Part shown: piece by piece, positions 23,001 through 32,441 of the stretch
How the letters are laid out: every line of letters starts with the position of its first letter
How positions within the stretch are numbered: the first letter of the stretch is position 1
Assembly: GCA_051941275.1 (NCBI GenBank)
Contig: JAVEBF010000058.1
Coordinates: 1 to 37,039 of the forward strand
DNA from: Dirinaria sp. TL-2023a
Taxonomy: Eukaryota
Direction: 5' to 3'
DNA: 37,039 nt
The notes under the pieces: generated by a model
Databases searched by the model: none
Told to the model about the DNA's origin: nothing
The model's input: only the letters and a program-made list of their open reading frames with translations
Made by a program: the position numbers and the translations under genes

Positions 23001-25294
23001 AGCCTCGTGCTAGTGTAGGACCTTCTATTGCAAGCTCCGCGACGCATCCTGGTGGAACAAGTCGTGTATGGTCACCAGGGTCTACCAGCCAGCATTGCAC
23101 ACCAATTCCACAGCCGATCAAAGTTGGTTGCTGATCTAGTGCGACGTTCATATTGACCACGGCAGCCACTGAGGTCTCGGCAGGGCCGTAACCATTCATC
23201 AAATTGATAGACGACCATGTTGCCATGTGTTCTTCACTCATTGCCTCGCCCCTGGGGATCGATAGAATTAGCTTAGGCTTTCAATTGGGTAGCGTGTTGC
23301 GAGTGAAGAATGTACTTAAGGTCGCGTTCAGAGTGTGGTCCCTGCAGGAAGTCTTGCACACCTTCCGTATTGCGAGAGCAAGGATATATATGTAGGATAT
23401 CACTCACATCATAAGCAGAGATTTCAGGCTTGGTACCAGAGACGGGTTGAAAAAACTGGCCACCGAAGGAGTAAGCGCCGCCCAGTCAACGCGCATTTGG
23501 TTCACAACAGAAGTGAGGTCGTTCACGCGCGAATCCTCGTCAGGAACACAAATCGTAGCTCCCACCATAAGGGTCGTAAGCACCTCAAGAATGGAGGCAT
23601 CGAATACGTAGGATGCATCTGCAGGAACGTTGAGTCAGTAAAGCTTAGTAGAAGAGTACCAATGCGACAAGTAGTAGATCCTGAGTAGAACCGGATTCCG
23701 ACAACATTACGTTCGAAGTGCCAAAGGGAAATCCAGTCAAAGTTACCAATCTGTTGAACACGGGCCATTCCCTAGTATTGTACTAGCCAGCGATCTCCAT
23801 CCCGCACCACGATATGCTAAACTGTATTTCTGTCTTGAGGACGTGGTGGATATGATGAGAGGGAAAGCATATCAGACTTAGCTACTTACACTGCAGGACC
23901 CGCGAATCCGCTTTCATACGAAATTTTGGCGCATGAGACTTGGCGGCTGAGCAGTAAGCGCGATGCTCAATCACGACACCTTTAGGTTCACCGGTCGAGC
24001 CAGACGTCCATAAAACATAGGCAATATTTCCTGGTTTAGCTCGCGATTGCTTCTCCAGCGAAACATCGGTTCTGGATTTGAAGGTCTCGATATCTATTGG
24101 CAGAGTTCTTTCTGCGACAGAAGAAAGCTCGGCCAAAAATTTTCGCGAGCACAGTACAAGACGAGCTTGTAGCTTTAGAACAAGCCCTTGGACACGGCTG
24201 GTGGGCTGGGTAGGATCTAGGGGGCAGAAGGCTGCTCCTGCCTCGAGAACCGCCAGCATTGCGACTGTCGACCAGATGGATTTTTCAAAGCATAAAGCGA
24301 CAACGCTTTCCGGGCCAATACCAAAGTCCGTAAGTACATGCGCCAGTGACTGTACATGGGCCCATAAATCTCGATACGTCAAGCTTCCGTCCCATGCGCA
24401 TACAGCTTCACGTTCGGGATGTATTAGAACCCTCTCATAAATAACATCGTGTATACACGCATCGGTCGGCTCATCGGGAGCTTGACTCCATTTCCGGATC
24501 TGTCGCTCATGGTCATCGTTGATGTAATTGACATCGAAAAGCGATATTTGAGGAGAGACGATTAGGGTAGAGAGAATCGTTTCGAGAGTCTTCGCAAGGC
24601 TTTCGAGGTACAGCGTAGACACGAAGGACTCTTGCGATGCCAATTTGAGATCCGGGTTGTTGGGATTTAGGTTCGCAAAGAGCCAAACTTCCCCCTGAAA
24701 TCATAGTTAGTTCACAGGTAACCGCAGGACAAGTGATGTTGGAAAGAGCTTCACCTTTGTAAGGTTCGGATCCTGCAGCTTTTGCATCTGCTCGTCAAGC
24801 GCTTGCGCTTCCTCTTGCATCCAGATCGTTGTATTGCAATGAAAAGAATCTGATGAAGGACGCAAACCCGAGGTTATATTGCTTGGAGAGGACTGTGGCT
24901 GCCGAGCATAAGTAATATCTGCTTGTGCCTTGTGAATGTATGCCAGTAGTGGTTCGTTTCCATACAAAGACATTTGAAACTCAGATCGATGTTGTTGCCA
25001 TGCGGTAGACTCTGAATCCGCAGATGCGCGATTGCATCGTCGAATATGGAAGCATACATCATCCTGCCCAGTGAAGCAGCGTAAAAGGAGGGCCCAAGCG
25101 GTGCATAACAGGCCCTCGAATTGTGCTCCATTCCTTGCACAGAGATGGTGAAGCTCTTTGGTTTGCTCCAATCTTACTCCAGTGGCTAGGAAACAGTGTG
25201 CAGAGCTGCGTTTACCGTCCAACAAAGGTAGCTTGCACAGAGCATGGCGAGAGAAAGCCTCTCGCTCCTGCCTGGGTGTCACACTTCCTGGCAT
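1..25294 (-). CDS. NPS4: Multimodular fungal NRPS, NPS4/NRPS4 (fusahexin synthetase)-like, 3'-truncated by the window edge. Spliced CDS: join(25294-24755, 24694-23890, 23618-23408, 23251-20293, 20151-17527, 17349-12272, 11950-6781, 6634-2957, 2893-2236, 2089-<1) = 23813 nt, >7937 aa
   Basis: Five A domains with TSGS/TTGxPKG, YGPxE, YKTGD and SGKLDR motifs; six G(G/A)DS carrier motifs; three E domains (HHLxxDxVSW, EG/SHGRE/D, GWFT); C domains (SHTIIDG, HHSLYDG x2, SHSIVDG, NHAVIDG); terminal SHAQYDG. All nine introns have GT..AG ends and CTRAY-type branch points, and every junction preserves frame. The symbol is a family-level assignment from architecture and the divergent ABC neighbour, not from a database search. 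Confidence 0.95.
2090..2235 (-). other. NRPS intron 9 (146 nt)
   Basis: GTGAGT..CTAAT..TCTCAG; phase 1, restores FFELGGDS. Confidence 0.92.
2236..2893 (-). CDS. NRPS exon 9: end of C5, long A-less linker, first half of T6
   Basis: Acceptor CTAAC..TTTAG|TAC completes DPTEYAITVNV; ends DDTFFEL(G) at donor GTGAGT (2235). Confidence 0.9.
2894..2956 (-). other. NRPS intron 8 (63 nt)
   Basis: GTACGT..CTAAC..ATTTAG; phase 0, restores DPTEY. Confidence 0.92.
2957..6634 (-). CDS. NRPS exon 8: rest of A5, T5, E5, most of C5
   Basis: Acceptor TACTAG|GTT TGC GGC GGT GAA (VCGGE); QGGDSL, HHLIIDVVSW, NHAVIDGES; donor GAG|GTACGT at 2956. Confidence 0.95.
6635..6780 (-). other. NRPS intron 7 (146 nt)
   Basis: GTGAGT..CTGAT..TACTAG; phase 0, restores LKTLVCGGEA. 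Confidence 0.92.
6781..11950 (-). CDS. NRPS exon 7: C3, A4, T4, C4, first half of A5
   Basis: SHSIVDGTS, FTSGTTGLPKG, VGGDSV, HHSLYDGWS, FTSGSTGRPKG; donor TTG|GTGAGT at 6780. Confidence 0.95.
11951..12271 (-). other. NRPS intron 6 (321 nt)
   Basis: GTAAGT..CTAAC..TTATAG; phase 2. Confidence 0.88.
12272..17349 (-). CDS. NRPS exon 6: T2 (GADS), C2, A3, T3, E3, start of C3
   Basis: Acceptor CTGAC..GCTAG|GGC GCG GAT TCG; HHSLYDGWS, FTSGSTGKPKG, LGGDSL, HHLVVDVVSW; donor CC|GTAAGT at 12271. Confidence 0.95.
17350..17526 (-). other. NRPS intron 5 (177 nt)
   Basis: GTATGT..CTGAC..GGCTAG; phase 0, restores FFRMGADS. Confidence 0.9.
17527..20151 (-). CDS. NRPS exon 5: rest of C1, A2, first half of T2
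   Basis: Starts DGASM, completing SHTIIDG; YTSGSTGKPKG, FDNSLEE, NQYGPSE; ends FFRM|GTATGT. Confidence 0.93.
20152..20292 (-). other. NRPS intron 4 (141 nt)
   Basis: GTCAGT..CTGAC..CTTAAG; phase 0, restores catalytic SHTIIDG. Confidence 0.88.
20293..23251 (-). CDS. NRPS exon 4: rest of A1, T1, E1, first half of C1
   Basis: NGYGPAE, YKTGDL, LGGDSI, HHLVIDLVSW, NEGHGRE; ends SHTII at donor GTCAGT (20292). Confidence 0.93.
23252..23407 (-). other. NRPS intron 3 (156 nt)
   Basis: GTGAGT..CTAAT..CCCCAG; phase 2, restores LLMMGEAM. Confidence 0.88.
23408..23618 (-). CDS. NRPS exon 3: A1 substrate-pocket segment (absent from the ORF track)
   Basis: Acceptor CTGAC..CCTGCAG|AT; translates (Y)ASYVFDASILEVLTTLMVGATICVP...WAALTPSVASFFNPSLVPSLKSLLM; donor AT|GTGAGT at 23407. 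Confidence 0.9.
23619..23889 (-). other. NRPS intron 2 (271 nt)
   Basis: GTAAGT..CTGAC..CTGCAG; phase 1, restores LQYASYVFD. Confidence 0.9.
23890..24694 (-). CDS. NRPS exon 2: end of partial C domain and start of A1
   Basis: Acceptor CTAAC..TTTCAG|GGG; CIHDVIYER, AYVLWTSGSTGEPKG; donor T|GTAAGT at 23889. Confidence 0.9.
24695..24754 (-). other. NRPS intron 1 (60 nt)
   Basis: GTGAAG..CTAAC..TTTCAG; phase 0. Confidence 0.8.
24755..25294 (-). CDS. NRPS exon 1: N-terminal partial condensation domain
   Basis: First in-frame ATG at 25294 (MPGSVTPRQ); LLCTAWALLLRCFTGQDDVCF resembles the C-domain second-half motif AWAMLLRCYTGSDDVSY; donor AAG|GTGAAG at 24754. Confidence 0.75.
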
Positions 25295-27570
25295 TATGGT
25301 GTACAGGGTTCTGTCGTTTGTGTTGGCGAAAGCGCAGTAAGACAAGAAAGAAGCACCTTCTTGTTACCACGTTGCGGTAGCTTTTCTTTGCTTCGTGTGA
25401 GGGGGGAGGCTTTGACGCGCCTCCTTTGAAAAATCAAATCTCTTCGAAATGTAATGAAAAGCCCAGAAACAGCGCAAAAATGGGCTCACTGACTTTGACA
25501 GAGCAGACAATCGCTCGGCATCACCATTACATCGAGGCCACGGTCCGCCCAACTCTTAGCTCATGGCAGCTGCTGAACTTCAGCCAAGATTCCATCACCA
25601 GGTAACGCCTCTGACGCCCATGAGAAGCATCACTACGGTGACCGGTCCTGGCGGCGCCCGATGCGAGTCACCACTCTAACCTCTCAGTGTTTTGGCCCCC
25701 ACAGATATTGATTGTTATGCCCGTAGGGGAGTGCTGGGTTCTCTAAAGGGAGAAGCTGCACCGGCTGGGCAGCAGCTACTCTTCGATCAAGCATTTTAGG
25801 CAAGCATGCTATTCGTTGTCGCGGTTTCATTTACCTAACGTGATCAGGTTCTCTTGCGACACCCGATCAGTCGTGGCCGGCCTAGGATCGTTTTGTCAAT
25901 TGTCCATCGTCAATAATGCCGGCTAGAGCTTCGAATTTGATGTCGCTAGACCAGATCACAGTGATGAGTGAAGTTTCTAGCGCACGCGAAGCAGAAGCTA
26001 GTCCCTGCAGGGTGCCGCCACAAGTCAGCTTGCATGGCTGGCATATTTCCTATTGCGTTAATGGAAACATTGGCGGCAGGCTCTTCTGGCAAATATTTGG
26101 ATCGGGTGGTGTAAAATCTGGGGGAGACCGTTGTGCGCGATATGCAGGTCGAAGCCAATTTTGCGGGGAGAACGATTCTCAGCCATTCATACCCATGCAG
26201 CCTGCATGCACAGGTCCCCAGTCTATGGATAGTGGTTATGCTTGTTGGGGAAACATGGAAACACATGCGCGTGAGCACGCAGAGTGGCTGGAAATGCGCG
26301 TCAAATCTGTGGCACGCCACTTGGTAAAATTGGCGATTGCGTGACTCGAGGAATTGGGCGTGAAGATGGCTGACTGTCAGAATGTCATTCGCCTCCCCCT
26401 CCCTCATTCCCGGCCAAAGTTGAATTAGACTCAGCGAACGGGCCTCCCGAGTGACGTGATAGGTACAGCCGTAAGAGCTACGGGCGGATACTCGGGGGGC
26501 GCCGCCATGACAAACATGGAGGGGCTGCGGTGATCGTTTCGATGTTGTCAGACGGGACTCCGGGAGAGAAACAAGAAGCTGCCCATCCAAGGCCGCTGTC
26601 AACCTTCCTTTGCCGGGTTGGGAAGAAATCTCGTCAAATTTCTCCTGATCAGGCCTTTGGCTAGCTGAAACAGTGGAAATCTTTTTCTGGTCCACCGGTA
26701 GAGCTAAGTTAGCTTGATGAATGGTCGGTCGCTTTTTTTTTTCAACCGTCGCCGCGTCGGCCAACCGTCCGATACGAGAAACCCGACGGCGCGTTGTGAC
26801 TAAGCAAATAATTCGACTTATGATCGGGATTCGTGGTAGCGCAGCATCTGAAGATCTAAATGTAAGTACCAACACTACATCACTAACCAAAAAAACTTTA
26901 TGGAGGAAAAAAAAAAAAACCTTGATTAGTTACGCGGGATTTTTGACTGGAAATCTACCTTACCTGTGACATTTTGCATAAGCCACATACATCTCCTTTT
27001 GCCGCACCTCTCCTGTCTCACCCAACCCCATGCCCGACTAGACTTGCAGCTCCAAGTGCCCTCATTGCGCGATCTCATGTAGTGTAACATCAAAGCTCTG
27101 GCACGGTAGGCTGGTAGCCCAGCTTCTGCCAAACCATCTCTTTTCAGCGGGCTCGCGGTCGCCACTGACTCCACTGTTTTTTCTCAGCTCCCCGAATACG
27201 TGATAGCAACGTTGTGACTGCATCAGAGGCTGACGCTTTGCTCGGTTCGAGTACCAACCAACCGGCATGTTGTCCAAGCCGAGGTACTAAAAAACGGCCC
27301 ATTCTGGCTCTTGACTATGCTCCGGGCTCAGCCAGGAGACCAGGTCCATCTTTCTGGAATTCTCCTTTCCGCTGCTGTGTGACCGAATTTGCATGGCCCC
27401 GACCCTCGGTAACCTCGTGACTTCAGCATAAGCGCTGCAAAGAATTCTCCGTGGGAAATGTCAGTCCACGGTAGATCTCTGTCAGGAAACCCACTTCTGC
27501 GCTGAAACTGGTTCCCTGCAATCTTGTATCATTTGCTCGACAAGAGGAGCCTCTGGCTCAAGTGGTCAAA
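25295..27570. promoter_or_regulatory. Divergent (likely bidirectional) promoter and 5' UTR region between NRPS and ABC transporter
   Basis: Lies between two head-to-head start codons; contains poly(dA:dT) tracts T10 (26733-26742), A7 (26889-26895) and A13 (26907-26919). No specific TF site can be asserted. Confidence 0.65.
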
Positions 27571-30500
27571 ATGTCGTTAGCATCATGTACCGTCGTCGAT
27601 AATACCTTCGGTCCCCACGCGAAATATTGCCGCGGCGGCTTTGATTTTACTTTGCTGTTTGAAGAAAGCATCCTTTCCGTGGTCCCGTTGATACTGTTAC
27701 TCGGCATTGTCCCTCTTCGCATTCTCTACCTGGTCCGGAGGACGATTAAGGCAGATGGGGGTCTGCTATTGCCATCCAAGCTGGTGAGCCTCCTCCGTTG
27801 AAGTTTCATGTCCGGGCGAGCGAAAGGCTGACGCTCCCTCAAATCAGATCTTATACACCATATATGGCGTGATTCAGGTTGCTCTCGTTGTGTTATGGGC
27901 AAGCCCAACGGCCAAGAGAACGAAAGCCTCAGTTGCAAATGCAGCCTTAACACTTGTGGGCTCGCTTGCTTTGGCGCTTCTCTCGTTTGTCGAGCATCAG
28001 AGGACCATCCGGCCTTCCCTTATAACGGAATTTTACCTGGGTCTGTCGCTCCTATTCGATTCAGTGAGGATTAGAACGTTGTGGCTACAAAGATACAATG
28101 GCACCGTTGCCGCAACCACTACAGCATCACTTGTGATTAAGTTGATACTGTTCTGGGTCGAGGCCGTTGGGAAGCGGCGTGTGTTGCGCCCAGAGTGGCA
28201 GAGACAATCGCCTGAGGCCACAAGCGGCCTATGGGGCAAATTGTTTTTTTGGTGGTTGAATCCACTCTTCTTGACGGGCTTTGCAAGGTCGCTGTCGATG
28301 GAGGACATGATTCCGCTGGACAAACATCTCACCTCCGACTATCTCTATCACACATTGCACAAAGCCTGGTCGAGGATGGGACACCAACGCTCATTGCTTG
28401 CGGTTTATTTCCTAGACTTGAAGTGGCATCTTCTGTCTGTAGTGCCTCCTCGTCTAGCTCTCATCGGCTTCACCTTTTGTCAGCCATTTCTTATTCAAAG
28501 AGCGGTAAATTTCATGGGGCAGCCAGTGAACGAAAGCACGACCAATGTTGGGTATGGACTGATTGGCGCGTATTTTCTTGTGTATTGCGGCATTGCCTTG
28601 ACAACAGGCCAATACCAGCATCTAACGTATCGTGCTATTACCATGGCCAGAGGCGGTCTGGTGTCGATGCTTTTCGCTAAAACGTCGTTTTTGGAGGCCA
28701 ATGCCGTTGACTCTGCTGCATCACTGACCTTGATGAGCGCTGATATTGAGAGGATCACAACTGGTTGGCAGACTATGCATGAGATCTGGGCCAACGTGAT
28801 AGAAATTGCACTTGCGATATATTTGCTTGAACGTCAGCTTGGAGTGGCTTGTGTGATCCCGCTCGCGGTCGCAATATGTAAGTCTCTTTCCTGAAGAACA
28901 GTGTCACGGTGGTCATAAAGGTAGACCTCCCCCAAGAGGCGAATCTTAGGATTGCCTGCTTGGGGGCATTGCGACACCTTGACGTACATCAGCGTGTTGG
29001 CACCTCGAGACTGGGTCGCAGAGAGGCTGGCGTTGGCTAAGTAACCCGTTGTCAAGTAGTGGGATTGTGTTAGAGCAAGAAGTCAGAAACATGGTTTCAC
29101 GAACAAAACTGCAAGCAGCTTGCCGAGACCAAGTCTTCTGCGAGTGCCACCCGCTGTGGCAGATAGGTTGCGATACGCTGCTAACTACATTTTGTGTTCT
29201 TAGGTTCTTTTCTCGGCTCAATCTTTGTCGTGAATCTGGTCGTCTACAGGCAAGGCCTGTGGCTCGAAGCAATGGAAAAACGAATCAGCGCCACGACTGT
29301 GATGCTCGGATCGATGAAGCGCATCAAGATGTGCGGTTTGTCAGAGATATTCTTCGAGAATGTGCATTCACTTCGGCTGAAGGAATTGCGTGTCTCAAAA
29401 CGTTTCCGAAGACTGCTCATTGGAAGTATTTTCTTCGCATTCACAACTCCCGTAATCGCGCCTGTATTGACTTTTACTGTCTTCTCTCTGCTGGCACTCA
29501 GAAACGCCGATTCTACCTTGAACACCGAAAAGGCTTTTGCGTCGCTTTCGCTTTTCGCACTTTTGACCGACCCGCTGTCGTCATTGGTGATGGCTTTGAC
29601 GACTTTTGCTGGTTCGTTCGGATGCTTCGGCCGTATCCAAACTTTTCTAGAGACTCGAGAACATCAGGATAAATGCATCAAACATCTGGATGCAGACTTG
29701 GACGACTCGGAGCCTTCTCAAACCAGCGGCAGCTCGGATGAAAGTCTAGGCTGGACCGAAAAATGGACTGAAAAGCCTATCGCAACTTCTCTGATTAAGA
29801 AGAGCGTGGGCCCTTTGCCGAAGGCCAGTGGCGATGCCCTACGTATATTGGATGGAAGCTTCGGCTGGGACACGGAAAAGGCCCCTGTGATATCTTCAAT
29901 TCGCATGAAGGTGCCTCGAGGGAAACTGACAGTGATTGTGGGTCCTGTAGGTTGTGGGAAATCAGTTTTATTAAAATCGCTCCTGGGCGAAGTTCCAACT
30001 CTCTCAGGAACTGTCAAACATTTATTCTCGGGCGACATTTCTTACTGTGATCAATCTCCATTTCATATGAATGGCACAATTCGAGATAGCATACTTGGGT
30101 CCTCAAGGATGGACGATCGATGGTACAGTACCGTTTTGGAGATGTGTGATCTGGAAGACGATCTGCAACAATTGCCCCAAGGCGATCAGACAAGCATCGG
30201 AAGCAAAGGTATCGCGCTGAGTGGTGGCCAAAGCCAGCGCGTTGCTTTAGCACGGGCTGTTTATGCTCGGAATGACCTTTGTGTTCTCGACGACGTGTTC
30301 AGTGGTCTTGATAGTGATACTGAGCACCGCATATTTCACAATCTCTTAGGCTTCGACGGGCTCTTGCGGCGACAGGGCACCACCATCATCCTTGCTTCTT
30401 CTTCCAACAGAAGGCTTCCATTCGCGGACCACATCATCGCCCTGAACGAAAAAGGCAATATCGCAGAGCAGGGAAGCTTCGAGGACCTGAATACGAGCGG

Positions 30501-32441
30501 AGGCTTCGTTTCAAGCCTTGACCTGCCACCAGCCGAATGGAACCTTGACCCAAAGGAAACATCTTTGGACAGGCTGGTGCCCACCGCGGCGAAAGCTGCC
30601 GTTGGGACTTTGTCAAAAAACGAAACACCGCAGGCTGAGGAATTTGAAGCAAATAAGCGAACTGGGGACCTTTCGATCTATTCTTACTACGCTGGATCTG
30701 TCGGTTGGCTCGCAGTAGTCGTTTTCATCGTTTCCATTTGCTGTTATGTGTTCTGCATATCTTTCCCGCAGATCTGGCTGGCTTGGTGGGCGGAAGCAAA
30801 TGCGAAGAAACCAAATCAAAATCTAGGATACTGGCTTGGTATCTATGCGATGCTGGGTGTTGTAGGCCTGACATCCCTGGTCATCAGTTGCTGGCAGATA
30901 ATAGTAAAAATGGTTCCACAATCAGGAGGGAACTTCCATGCTCGACTTCTAAAAACGGTTCTCGCCGCACCGATGTCGTATTTCTCGACCACAGACACCG
31001 GTATCACGCTTAATCGCTTCTCGCAGGACCTTCAATTAATCGACATGGACTTACCCCTTTCAGCTTTGAACTTCTTCACAGCCTTCGTTCTTTGCATCGC
31101 TCAGATTATCCTGATTGGTGTCTCATCAGTCTATGCAGCCATCTCATTCCCTTTGTGGATAGTGGCACTGTACCTTATACAGAAGTATTATCTACGTACA
31201 TCCCGACAGCTTCGGTTCCTGGACCTTGAGGCAAAGTCTCCATTGTACACGCAATTTGCGGAAGTCATCGCTGGCCTGACCACAGTTCGGGCTTTTGGCT
31301 GGCAAAGAGCTCTGGTAAACAAGAACCGAGAGATGCTCGACCAGTCCCAAAAGCCTTTCTATCTTTTGTTCTCCGTTCAGCGATGGCTACAACTCGTCTT
31401 GGACTTACTGGTGGCTGCTGTTGCTGTGATGCTAATGATCCTGGTCGTAGAATTGAAAGGTTTCTTGAGCGGAGCTTATGTGGGTATCGCGTTACTAAAT
31501 GTCATCCTCTTTAGTCAGCATCTCAAGCTCGTTCTTCAATACTGGACGATGCTGGAAACCCACATCGGCGCGGTATCTCGCGTCAAAAACTTCATAGCCG
31601 CTACCGTTCCGGAGGACTTGCTGCAAGAAGATACGGCGCTTCCGCAGGACTGGCCAGCACAGGGTGCCATCAACTTCCAATCCGTCTCCGCGAGCTATGA
31701 TGGATCTCGAAAGGTGTTGAAGGATCTGACGCTGTCCATCCAAGCTGGCGAGAAAGTCGGCGTCTGCGGTAGAACAGGGAGCGGCAAAAGTTCCCTTGTT
31801 ATGGCATTATTCCGTATGCTGGAGCTGCACGGCGGCTCCATCACCATCGATGAGGTCGATATCTCAAAGATTCCACGCGGAGAGGTTCGCTCGCGAATCA
31901 TCGGGCTTCCTCAGGATGTATTTCTGTTGGATGGCACAGTACGATTGAACGTGGACCCTTTCAAAAATAATACCGACAAAGCGATCATCGGCGCTTTGCA
32001 AGACGTCAGATTATGGGAAACGATCCAAGGAAAGGGAGGGCTTGAAGCACAGGTCGCAGAGTTGAATCTATCGCATGGCCAGAAGCAATTGTTCTGTTTA
32101 GCGCAGGCGCTGCTTCGGCAGAGCTCCATACTGGTCTTAGATGAGGCTACAAGCAGGTCAGTACAAATCTCAATGAAGTCTTGGGAGTGCGAACTTCAGC
32201 TAACCGAGCCAAACCTCTCCACAGCGTCGACGACATTACAGATTCATTGATGCAACGGATCATCAGGCAAAAGTTCTCCAAGCACACTATCATCGCCGTA
32301 GCCCATAAATTAGACACAATTTTGGATTTTGATAAGGTTGCCGTGTTGGACAACGGTGTCTTGCGAGAGTTCGAAAACCCGACCAGGTTGTTGGAGATGC
32401 CAGAATCTATTTTCAGCAAGATATATAATCACAGCGGGTAG
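27571..32441 (+). CDS. Full-length ABCC/MRP-type ABC exporter (TMD0-TMD1-NBD1-TMD2-NBD2), 1470 aa; join(27571-27783, 27848-28877, 29204-32156, 32225-32441)
   Basis: N-terminus DNTFGP..CRGGFDFTLLFEE typical of fungal cluster-associated ABCC transporters; FFWWLNPLF; NBD1 GPVGCGKS, LSGGQ, VLDDVFSGLD; NRFSQDL, LDLEAKSPLY; NBD2 GRTGSGKS, LSHGQ, LDEATSSVD, VAHKL. Three GT-AG introns give 4413 nt in frame, ending in TAG. Confidence 0.95.
27784..27847 (+). other. ABC transporter intron 1 (64 nt)
   Basis: GTGAGC..CTGAC..AATCAG; phase 0. Confidence 0.88.
28878..29203 (+). other. ABC transporter intron 2 (326 nt)
   Basis: GTAAGT..CTAAC..TCTTAG; phase 1. Confidence 0.9.
32157..32224 (+). other. ABC transporter intron 3 (68 nt)
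   Basis: GTCAGT..CTAAC..CCACAG; phase 2, restores LDEATSSVD. Confidence 0.92.

Noticed and set aside
2228..25345. The large minus-strand ORFs (215, 1240, 1767, 1659, 898, 996, 253, 212 aa) as separate genes or a frameshifted pseudogene
   Set aside because: Every break is explained by a GT-AG intron with a branch point; splicing preserves frame and in most cases restores a conserved motif.
25295..27570. AbaA-like CATTCY and CGG-triplet Zn2Cys6 sites in the promoter
   Set aside because: Short motifs at about chance frequency; unsupported without conservation data.
29049..29672. 207-aa plus-strand ORF
   Set aside because: Starts in ABC intron 2 and overlaps exon 3 out of frame.
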